Of a stretch of DNA of 64,000 nucleotides, positions 53,661-64,000 are shown one piece after another. The translations under genes were made by a program, and so were the position numbers. The notes beneath the pieces are model-generated. The model made no database searches. It had not been told where the DNA came from and was given only the letters and a program-made list of their open reading frames with translations. Where the stretch lies: the NCBI GenBank assembly GCA_964016885.1, contig OZ024744.1:126852001-126916000 (forward strand). Reading direction: 5' to 3'. The number at the start of each line of letters is the position of its first letter. Within the stretch, counting starts at the first letter, position 1. Source of the stretch: Eledone cirrhosa (Eukaryota).

Positions 53661-53883
53661 CGTACATGTACACACATACATAATAAATAAATCAAACACA
53701 GATATACACATACTTATATACAAACACAGATACGAACATATACATGGACACAAATTTCTACACACATACATTCACATATATATAGCATATGTCAATTCTG
53801 AACAATACAGTTTTGTCAGCACAAGTCTTGGTTAAAACTTCTACAAATAAAATGAAAGGAGAATAATTTCTTAGTAAAACAGT

Positions 53884-54476
53884 TTTATTCAAAATATTAA
53901 CAACATTGGTGACACTATTTTAGGTGAGTGACATGGTTTTTATCTTGTCTAATTGTGTTTGTGTTGCATCAAGTAAACTTTTACAAGAGAATTATTTACC
54001 ACAGACACCACAGTGATATGGTTCCTCTCTTGTATGTGTTAGTGTCTAGTGAAGCCACAACATTTAGAGAAGGATTTACCAGATATCACAGTAATATGGT
54101 ACCTCTCCTGTATATGTTAATGTGTAGTGAAGCCACAACATTTAGACAATGATTTCCCAGCCACTACAGTGATATAGTTCCTCTCCTGTATATGTTAGTG
54201 CCGGATGAAGTTAGTTATTTCAGAGAATGATTTACCACAGATATCACAGTAATATGGTTTCTCTCCTGTATGTATATGTTTGTGTTTAGTTGAACAAGCT
54301 TTCATGGATAACAATTTACCACAAATATTACAGTAATATGGATTTTCTCCAGTATATATGTTTATATGAAGTTAATGTAGCAATGACAGAGAATACCGAT
54401 AGCAAAGTGGTATGGCTTCTCATATGAATGTATTTGTGTTTAATTCACTATTTTCAGACAATGATATATGACTTTG
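53884..54476 (-). other. 3' UTR of ZNF C with decayed fingers and polyA signal
   Basis: Minus-strand AATAAA at 53884-53889; finger remnants. Confidence 0.65.
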
Positions 54477-55535
54477 TTATGGTTTCTCACCTTTATGGGT
54501 ATATTTGTGTTTAGTTAAATTACTTAATACAGAGAATGATTTACCACAGATATCGCAGTGGTATGGCTTGTCTCCTGTATGGGTACGTTTGTGGTTAGTT
54601 AAGTAACTACTCTCAGAGAAAGATTTACCACAGATATCACAGTGATATGGCTTGTCTCCTGTATGGGTACGTAAGTGTCTAGTTAAATTACCACTTCCAG
54701 AGAATGATTTACCACAGATATCACAGTGATATGGCTTGTCTCCTGTATGGGTACGTTTGTGGCGAGTTAAGTGACCACTTTGAGAGAATGATTTCCCACA
54801 GATATCACAGTGATATGGCTTATCTCCTGTATGTATACCTTTGTGTTTAGTTAAGTGACCACTTTGAGAGAATGATTTACCACAGATGTCACAGTGATAT
54901 GGCTTGTCTCCTGTATGTATACGTTTGTGGCTAGTTAAGGTACCACTTTCAGAGAATGATTTACCACAGATATCACAGTGGTATGGCTTGTCTCCTGTAT
55001 GTATACGTTTGTGGCTAGTTAAGGTACCACTTTCAGAGAATGATTTACCACAGATATCACAGTGGTATGGCTTGTCTCCTGTATGTATACATTTGTGTCT
55101 AGTTAAGGAACTACTATCAGAGAATGATATACCACAGATATCACAGTGGTATGGCTTGTCTCCTGTATGGGTACGTTTGTGAGTAGTTAAGGTACTACTT
55201 TCAGCGAATGATTTACCACATATATCACAGTGGTATGGCTTATCTCCTGTATGTATACGCTTGTGGCTAGTTAAGGTACTATTTACAGAGAATGATTTAC
55301 CACAAATATCACAGTGGTATGGCTTCTCTCCTGTATGGGTACGTATGTGAGAAGTTAAGATACCTCTATCAGAGAATGATTTACCACAGATATCACAGTG
55401 ATATGGCTTCTCTCTTGTATGTATACGTTTGTGAATAATTAAGGTTCTACTTTTATTGACTGATTTACCACAGATATTACAGTGATACGGCTTCTCTTCT
55501 CTAACGTTTGTCATCGTACCAGTAATACTAAACAT
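54477..55535 (-). CDS. C2H2 zinc-finger array protein C (about 352 aa, 12 intact fingers)
   Basis: Uninterrupted ORF; the ORF-track start at 55559 is GTG, first ATG is at 55535; acceptor at 55904, donor at 61735. Confidence 0.88.
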   Translation of the reverse strand: MFSITGTMTNVREEKPYHCNICGKSVNKSRTLIIHKRIHTREKPYHCDICGKSFSDRGILTSHIRTHTGEKPYHCDICGKSFSVNSTLTSHKRIHTGDKPYHCDICGKSFAESSTLTTHKRTHTGDKPYHCDICGISFSDSSSLTRHKCIHTGDKPYHCDICGKSFSESGTLTSHKRIHTGDKPYHCDICGKSFSESGTLTSHKRIHTGDKPYHCDICGKSFSQSGHLTKHKGIHTGDKPYHCDICGKSFSQSGHLTRHKRTHTGDKPYHCDICGKSFSGSGNLTRHLRTHTGDKPYHCDICGKSFSESSYLTNHKRTHTGDKPYHCDICGKSFSVLSNLTKHKYTHKGEKP

Positions 55536-56269
55536 TTGTGTTTCACATTTAATCTTCACACTCAGTTTATTTTGTCTAATGATTTGTTCTTGAACAGAAT
55601 ATACAAATTTTTTTCTAGTAATATTTCTTATATTATATTCTTAAAAATATATCTTCTATATTTCCCTCAACTGTGATTTCAGTTAATATCTGAAGATAAT
55701 ACAAACTTATGTTTCACCCAAGTTTAGTTAAAATATAAAAATATCACATAGGGAGGAAAATAATAAGTAATTCAATGACAGATTTATATAAACAGCGTTA
55801 TATAAGTTGTGTTTAGAAGGTTTTAGTCTTCAAATGATGATAAATAGAGGTGATGTGTATCCGAGATTGAAAATAATAATTTATACCAATGTCATCTGAT
55901 ATTCTGAAATAAGAAAGAAACAGTATGAGATAATACAGAATACTTAAGAAGCAGAGATAGATTTAACAGTGGAAATTTTATATTTCTATATTGGTAAATT
56001 GTAGATATCAACTTTCCTGTCTAGAGCAATTCTCTCCAATGTAAGCAGTGGTATTCCAGCATGCTCTATAAATTTAATCCTTGTATCACATCGGAGGTTT
56101 ACTCTATGGCAGTTTAGCAAAAAATTCATTCTTATAGGACTTATAAGAAAGAAACAGTGTGAGATAATAGAGAATACTTAAAATACAGAAATAGATTTAA
56201 AGTGAAAATTTTACACCAGTACCAAATTTCCCAGCGTCGATGACGTTATTTTTTCCCTATTATATTTTT

Positions 56270-56525
56270 CACTATATATGTTGTCCAAGGGAAAGACAAT
56301 GGCTGATACAGCTTGGTACCAGTGACATCACAACATATATATACACTATATTATATATACACTGTGTACAATATATATCATACACTATATATGTTGTCCA
56401 AGGGTAAAGCAATGCCTGACACAGCTTGGCACCAGTGACATCACAACATATATCATACACTATATATGTTTTCCAAGGGAAAGGCAATGGCTGACACAGC
56501 TTGGCACCAGTGATATCACAACATA
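56270..56525 (-). repeat. Tandem SINE 3' segments, paralogous to 1650-2025
   Basis: TGTCCAAGGG...CAGCTTGGCACCAGTGACATC x3. Confidence 0.75.
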
Positions 56526-56979
56526 GTTATATATAACTTATATCCCAGACATCCATAGATTATTTCTATTCTACAGCTATCTCTCTTCCCCAATTTCAAA
56601 ATGTTCTGTTTACATTATTATTATTATCATTGACTTGTTTCCACAACGTATATACTTCAACCTTGTTTTTGATATAAACCATGTTGCACATTGTCTTTCT
56701 CTACAAACTCATCCCTAACCCTCGCCATTACCTCCCCTTTCTCTCACTCATTCATTTCGGTGTTTACGAAGCTAGGTGACCATCTTTAAAATTCTTGCAT
56801 ATTTGCCTTGTCTAATATGTCTACTTATATCTGCTTATCCCCCCCCCCCCGAATCTCCTGTGATGGTATATGTCATGATGGCTACCTATCTCACAATTTC
56901 CCTCTCGCCCATCCCCACTCACCACCATTGGCTATTCGACCCATCAAACCTCAGCAACATGTCCTAACGCATTACCCGC

Positions 56980-58262
56980 CCTAACAAACTCTGCCCTTAC
57001 TACTACTGTCCTTCTATACCTTACCAGCCCCAACAAACTCTGCCACTACTACTAGTCCTTCTGGCCCTTACCAGCCCCAACAAACTCTGCCATTGCTACT
57101 ACTGTCCTTCTATACCTTACTAGCCCCAACAAACTCTGCCACTACTACTAGTCCTTCTAGTCCTTACCAGCCCCAACAAACTCTGCCATTACTACTACTG
57201 TCCTTCTAGCCCTTACCAGCCCCAACAAACTCTGCCATTACTACTACTGTCCTTCTAGCCCTTACCAGCCCCAACAAACTGCCATTACTACTACTGTCCT
57301 TCTAGCCCTTACCAGCCCCAACAAACTACCATTACTACTACTGACCTTCTAGCCCTTACCAGCCCCAACAAACTCTGCCATTACCACTACTGTCCTTCTC
57401 GCCCCAACAAACTCTGCCATTACTACTAGTCCTTCTAGCCCTTACCAGCCCCAACAAACTCTGCCATTACCACTACTATCCTTCTCGCCCCAACAAACTC
57501 TGCCATTACCACTACTGTCCTTCTCGCCCCAACAAACTCTGCCATTACTACTACTAGTCCTTCTGGCCCTTACCAGCCCCAACAAACTCTGCCATTGCTA
57601 CTACTGTCCTTCTATACCTTACTAGCCCCAACAAACTCTGCCACTACTACTAGTCCTTCTAGTCCTTACCAGCCCCAACAAACTCTGCCATTACTACTAC
57701 TGTCCTTCTAGCCCTTACCAGCCCCAACAAACTCTGCCATTACTACTACTGTCCTTCTAGCCCTTACCAGCCCCAACAAACTGCCATTACTACTACTGTC
57801 CTTCTAGCCCTTACCAGCCCCAACAAACTACCATTACTACTACTGACCTTCTAGCCCTTACCAGCCCCAACAAACTCTGCCATTACCACTACTGTCCTTC
57901 TCGCCCCAACAAACTCTGCCATTACTACTAGTCCTTCTAGCCCTTACCAGCCCCAACAAACTCTGCCATTACCACTACTATCCTTCTCGCCCCAACAAAC
58001 TCTGCCATTACCACTACTGTCCTTCTAGCCCCAACAAACTCTGCCATTACTACTAGTCCTTCTGGCCCTTACAAGCTCCAACAAACTCTGCCATTACTAC
58101 TACTGTCCTTCTAACCCTTACTAGCCCCAACAAACTCTGCCATTACTACTACTGTCCTTCTAGCCCTTACCAGCCACAACAAACTCTGCCATTACTACTA
58201 CTGTCCTTCTAGCCCTTACCAGCCCCAACAAACTCTGCCATTACTACTACTGTCCTTCTAGC
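56980..58262. repeat. ~49-bp minisatellite with a 502-bp higher-order duplication
   Basis: CCCCAACAAACTCTGCCATTACTACTACTGTCCTTCTAGCCCTTACCAG; variant series at 57061 recurs at 57563. Confidence 0.92.
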
Positions 58263-58429
58263 CCTGCACCAAAGAATTCTTGTTCACCGTTATGTATGGA
58301 GGAGTGAAAGATAAATGGAACAACCCCAAATAAATAAATCAATATAAATCCGCGAGTTACCAAGCACCCATACAAAGCTTTAATTCAGAGACAGGAAGCA
58401 TACACACTCCCCCGCAAAAATTCACCCTC

Positions 58430-59720
58430 TCCCACAAATGATGGCAAATGTCCAAAACTCTGAGTTGGCAGCATCGACATAAGCACAATGAAAGGAAGGG
58501 AAGGAGAAATTATAGACATGCTAGAGTGAAAGGATATTGACGTATGCTGTGTGCAAGAGACTAGATGGAGAGGAGAGTTTGCTAGAGTCCTTGTAGGCAA
58601 AAGTCAGTGCTATAAATTTTTCTGGGTGGGAAATGACAATGGGATGGGTGGTGTAGGTATACTATTAACTGACAAATGGGTAGATAAAGTAATAACCACA
58701 TATTGTTAACCAGGTAATACTAGAGGGTGTCATACCAAAGGATTGGTGCAACAGCATCATCGTCAACTGCTACAAGGGTAAAGTAGATGCACTAGATAGA
58801 ATAAACTATAGAGGTATGAAGCTGATGGACCAGGTTATGAAAGTAATGGAAAGAGTCATAGCACAGTTGATCGGGGACTGGGTAAAACTAGGTGAGATAC
58901 AGTTTGGGCTTGTGCCAGGAAAAAGCACCACTGATGCCCTCTTCCTTCTGAGGCAGTTACAGGAAAAGTACCTAGCTAAAAGCAAGCCACTCTACCTGGC
59001 TCTTGTCGATCTGGAAAAAGTCTTCGACAGAGTGCCCCGTGCTATAATCTGGTGGGCTCTTAGAAAACTAGGAGAAGATTATTGGCTTGTGAAAGCTGTA
59101 CATGCCATGTATAGGGGAGCAGTCAGCAAAGAGTTAACAATGACTATAGCGGGGAATTTAGTATACAGGTCGGTGTCCACCAGGGCTCTGTTCTTAGCCC
59201 TCTCCTGTTTATTATAGTATTGCAGGCTATAACAGAAGAGTTTAAGACCTGATGCCCATAGGAACTCCTATATGCGGATGATCTTACACTTATAGCTGAA
59301 TCTATGGCAGAACTAAAGAAACAAGCACCACCAAACTCTGGGAGAGCTCTGTAGAAACAATAGACAGCTTTTGCTACCTAGGTGACCAAATGAGCAGGAG
59401 GTGGGGGTTCTGAAAGTACAGTAACCGGGGTAACAACGGGATTCAAGAAGTTCAGGGAGCTACTACCACTGCTAGCTACAAAAGGCTTTTCCCTCAAAAT
59501 GAAAGGCAGACAGTATGATGCGTGCATACGAACAGCAATGTTACATGGTAGTGAGACCTGGGCGCTGTCTGTAGAAGACTTGCGTAGATTAGAAAGAAAC
59601 GAAGCTTGCATGCTCCGATGGATGTGTAATAGTAATATACGCAAAGAGCAAAGCATTAACAAATTGAGAGAGAGAATCAAATGCTGTGTGTAGCAGAGGA
59701 GGTTCTGTTGTACCCCTTGG
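58430..59720 (+). mobile_element. Internally deleted RTE LINE (APE endonuclease and RT remnants)
   Basis: VCCVQETRW, GVGILL, LVDLEKVFDRVP, LLYADDL, LHGSETW. Confidence 0.88.
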
Positions 59721-59739
59721 GTACAAGTCAAAGCTGAAG

Positions 59740-60335
59740 CACATAGACAACATGCCCCCTCGCACTGTAAAGTGGCCGTGGAGGTGTCACAACAAAAAAG
59801 CACATATCACTCACTGTAAGGAAAGGCATCCAGCTGTAGAAATCAAGCCAAAATCGGTTCCCATCTCAGCAAGACAAGGTCACTCTACCTGGCACTGCCC
59901 ACAACAGGACAACCTGTCTAACCCATACTACCGTGGAAGAAGGGACGTAAAACAGTGATGATGATATACATATATATAGACTGTGTACAGTATATATACA
60001 CTATATACAGTATATATTATACACTATATATGATGTCCAAGAGAAAGGCTATGGCCGATACAGCTTGGCACCAGTGACATCACAACGTATATATATACTA
60101 TATATATATTATATATACACTGTGTACAGTATATATATACACTATATATATGTCCAAGAGAAAGGCTATGGACGATACAGCTTGGCACCAGTGACATCAC
60201 AACTCATTTCTACAGCTGAGTAAACTGGAGCAACGTGAAATAAAGTGTCTTGCTCAAGGACACAACACAACACCCTGCCCGAGAATCGAACACCCAACCA
60301 TTCGATTGCAAGCCCAATGCTCTACCCACTAAGCC
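59740..60335. mobile_element. RTE-tailed SINE (+, 59740-59965) and tRNA/CORE SINE with duplicated 3' part (-, 60030-60335)
   Basis: GGAAAGGCATCCAGCTGTAGAAA; mirror of 1185-1590. Confidence 0.75.
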
Positions 60336-60703
60336 ATGATACGTTCCAGAAACAACCATGTTACAGAGAGACCAATATATGAAGGGTTTGTAGTAGATTA
60401 GAGCAAAACACAATCAGTAAAACAGTAATGGAATGAAAAATATAAACATTTGTTCATAATTAAAACCTTAAGATGTCCCTTCCTTACGATATACACTTTA
60501 ATAACATTGAAACTTATTTAATAAGTTTAAAATTTAAACACTTTTTATTAAGACGTACCGCGATAAGAAACTAGATATGTTCTAACGAATAATCCGCGAT
60601 GTGGCGAGGATTACCGCGATAGGAAATTAGATACGTTCCAAAGACATATCCGCGATGTAACGGGACCGCGAAAAGTGAACCGCGATATAGCGGGGGATTA
60701 CTG
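60336..60703. mobile_element. Tigger/pogo-like element, paralogue of 596-1180
   Basis: CCGCGATATAGCGGGGGATTACTG|TA terminus. Confidence 0.65.
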
Positions 60704-60757
60704 TATATATACACACACAACATACATCTATCTATATACACTCATAACATATATTTC

Positions 60758-61378
60758 GGCAGTGTCATGGTATTAGCTGTCAGAAGTGAAAGTAGAAGAA
60801 GGTGACGTCATTCGTCAACCTTCTCAATCCTTTATTTCCGTATCACTATTCCCTTTATTTATGTTTAGGATTTTCTAAGAGATACGTTTACGATGAGATA
60901 CACTTATTAAAAAATAATATGGGGACCAAATAACCCCGTAATTTTCGAGAGAAACGATAATATACAATCTTATTTAACATGTGCATTAAAAACTACACTA
61001 GCTGTTACACTTGTAATTGACGTGTAAGAACTTAAATGAAAATATAGGTGGCCCTTAAAAGGGCCGGTGTTGAACTTAAATTTGTTTTCTAATTTGATAA
61101 CCATGACTTGTTTCAACACCGGCCCTTTTAAGGGCCACCTATATTTTCATTTAAGTTCTTACACGTTAATTACAATTGTAACAGCTAGTGTAGTTTTTAA
61201 TGCACATGTTAAATAAGATTGTATATTATCGTTTCTCTCGAAAATTACGGGGTTATTTGGTCCCCATAAATAAAATCATAAACGTAAAAAAACGGAATAG
61301 TGATATGGAAATAAAGGATTGAGAAGGTTGACGACTGACGTCACCTTCTTTCTGACAGCTAATACCACGACAGTGCCC
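60758..61378. mobile_element. Palindromic Merlin-like MITE with 8-bp TSD
   Basis: TATATTTC|GGCAGTG...CAGTGCCC|TTTATTTC; empty site at 542-549 in unit A. Confidence 0.85.
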
Positions 61379-61379
61379 T

Positions 61380-62420
61380 TTATTTCGATATCTTACATTA
61401 AAATGTTGACTGAGGGTGTGGCAACTGTTACTTGTTTGAGGTTGTTCCAGAGGTTGAAATATAGACGGAGGTAATTTAAATAACAAAGACAGTCATGATA
61501 ACAATATATTTTATATCACATGTAACAGTGGAATCTGATGATTGAAAAATATCACATCAACATTTCAGTTTGGAAGTGTTTTTTCTATATATAAAAGTGG
61601 AGGAAGAAATATATTTTTCTAATGTTGTTATATATATTTTCACTTGTATATAATTACTGGGTCGTTGTAAGGTTCACATAATTATATTATTTACACACAT
61701 TAATATAGACATTAAGTAAATCTTTGTCAACTTACCTCCTTCACATATAATCAATGTGTTGTGTTGTTAGTTTTTACTAAACAATCAAAGAAATAATCTC
61801 TTTGTTATCAAATTAGAAGTTTCAATGTTATCAGCTTTATTTCACGACATTAACGTTGGTGTATCTTCTTCATCTTTAGTTATAAATTGATATCTTGTCA
61901 GAATGAAGTAGTGAGGTTGACTTTATGTCTTTAGCTACAGATTTGATAGGAAATATATATATATTAGGTTGATATGTGGTCTAAAATATATATATTGTCT
62001 ATAAATGACTGATAGCAGATGTTCTGGTGAAATAGTAGTTTTACTACTACAGATTGTAATGGAACTCTTAGTAGACACAATTGTAAAGTAAGAATATATA
62101 TGACAGTGTAAGACTGATGTCGGGGAGAGTAAATTGTGTATATATATATATATAATTGTTACACTAGATATAATTAGATTAATTAAAGTTATAATGAAGA
62201 TAGCAAGTACCCGGTGTCGTTGAGAACGTTTCAACTCTCGTACCGGTGTCACACGTTAAAAGTCCCTGATGTAATTTAAAACCTTCAGACACAGTTCCAA
62301 TCGTATTTAATTTATTGTAAATCAGAAAGTATCACTCAATAAAATATCAATTATATATCAATAAGAAAACCTCTACGTAGTCTCTCTAACTGCTAGAAAT
62401 AGCAGCGAAATTATCCAATA
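61380..62420 (-). promoter_or_regulatory. 5' module of ZNF C (donor at 61735)
   Basis: Inverted copy of 1-540; GAG|GTAAGT. Confidence 0.6.
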
Positions 62421-62499
62421 TAACTGTTCTCTCTCTCTATATATATATACACACACACATATGTACGTATGTATGTAAATGTGTATACAACTCTTATGT

Positions 62500-63150
62500 G
62501 TATGTATAAACAACTATTTTATGGAGATTTAGTTAAAGGAAAACGACCTCCACATAAACCAAAAAAGAGGTATAAGGATTCCTTGAAAGCCTCTTTGAAA
62601 GACGCTAATATCTCTGCTGATACATGGGAAAATGTTGCTGCTGATCGTAATGTGGGATGTGAGGAAAGGCATTACCGTTGCATTTGCAGTGTCTGTGCGA
62701 GATTTTGCCTCAGCATAGCTGGACTCGAAAGTCATCTTCGCAGTCACAAAGTAAGACCAGTGGTTGACTACCAGGCTGCTGTTGGAGATGCTACTCATCA
62801 TGCCTGCCAAGCATGTAGTAGAGAATGTAAATCAGCAGGAAGGCTCAAACGACATGCAAAAGTACATCAACTCCAGCCACAGCCGGCTATTCCCAGTAAA
62901 TGATTTGGTTGGCAACTCTGTGCAAGACATTTTAGATCATTGGCTGGGCTAAAAAGCCACATTCGATCGCAGCGCTGTTGGTTGCTATTATGTGTGTGTG
63001 TGTATATATATACATATATATATATACATGTATATTATTATTGTTGTTGTCGTTATTATTATTACTATTATTATTATTATTACTATTATTATTATTGTTT
63101 TTTTTTCTCGTGCAATGGCCATACTCGATAACGAGGGGGCAGCCATCATA
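62500..63150 (+). mobile_element. BovB-like RTE 3' end encoding C-terminal C2H2 fingers, with a (TAT)n insert
   Basis: KQLFYGDL..GKR....KRYKDSLK, W...AADR; CSVC..HLRSH, CQAC..HAKVH and a third degenerate finger. Confidence 0.75.
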
Positions 63151-63546
63151 TATGGGTATGTATGAGTGTGTATGTGTGTTTGCACGTATGTATGATGTGT
63201 ATATATGTACATAGGGTTTTGGTATATGTACGTTTGGTGAACATGTGTATTTACCTGTAGGTATTTGTGAGTGCGTTCTATACGCATTTATGCGCGTATA
63301 TTTATATATGTGTAACGGAATATGATGTGTGGTTGTAACGACAAGTGGATGAATGGATGTAACTGTTGGTATGGTGGTTTCAGTGTAAATAAAAATACCA
63401 GGAGTGTTGTTACAAAGTTTATTTTATTACAACAATATTCAATTTGAATATTGAATGATAAAATAATTGACACAAAATATTCATACAATAATTTGGTGGC
63501 TCTTCGAGCCACGTAAATTCAAATATCACAGAATACGATTATAATA

Positions 63547-64000
63547 TGTGTAAACAGAAATGAATGGCGCGTGTACAAATGCTGGACTCACTATGAATTG
63601 CGTGTGTGCGGCGTATCAGTATATTTACTTATTTGCATTGCAGGAGTCAGCGATCAGCCAGGAAGGTGAGAATAAATGGCAGACTGGTTTTCGTGACGAG
63701 AGCCTGTAAATGAGACTCGTCTTGTCTGTATCTCACTTCTTTTCTGTTTTTGGCGTAAACAACCCCTGTCTTTATAAGAGTTGAAGTTAGAAGGATAGAT
63801 ATATCCTCTGAACTTTGGTTAGTCTCCCAAGGGATTAGTTTGCCAAGAGTAAACAAGTCAGAAAGATGGATATATCCTCTGACCTATTTTCTGTCAGGCG
63901 TAAACACCTCTGACCTGTGTTTAGCCTCTCCCAAGGGGTTAGTCTCTTGAGCGTAAACAAATTACAACGGCTTGTCCCAGAGGCGGGAAAGCTCAGATAC
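63547..64000 (-). mobile_element. Probable LTR (minus strand, truncated by window edge)
   Basis: Duplicated enhancer-like blocks, minus-strand TATAAA at about 63770-63776, ends in ..ACACA at about 63547; no PBS seen. Confidence 0.35.

Noticed and set aside
55536-55559. ORF-track start MKIKCETQ for ZNF C
   Set aside because: The codon is GTG; the first ATG is at 55535

Overview
Eukaryotic, AT-rich, microsatellite-laden DNA. The [13 protein letters not shown] finger type and the RTE/SINE landscape point to an octopod cephalopod (inference). The window is a C2H2 zinc-finger gene cluster with five loci in two subfamilies. CDIC-type loci: A (+, 4718-5644, intact), B (-, about 20884-22985, 24 fingers, disabled) and C (-, 54477-55535, intact). 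CEIC-type loci: D (+, 36022-37350, one stop and frameshifts) and E (+, 43338-44247, one frameshift). A, B and C sit in paralogous 8-11 kb gene units sharing a non-coding 5' module with a conserved GTAAGT donor. A and C form a window-spanning inverted duplication, and a fourth, orphan 5' module lies at 16.0-16.7 kb. The rest is transposon debris (RTE LINEs, three SINE types, a CRE-clade RLE retrotransposon, maT, hAT, pogo, Merlin-like and Helitron elements, a probable LTR) plus many minisatellites, several born from TE sequence. The least expected signals are: (1) five minimal type-I hammerhead ribozyme motifs, two forming a head-to-head palindrome and one nested inside a 115-bp inverted repeat; (2) a TIR-bounded element carrying tandem tRNA-like/CTCF-like units; (3) a premature UAG in a zinc finger whose sister fingers carry UGG at the same position. 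All calls are by eye; no database searches were run.
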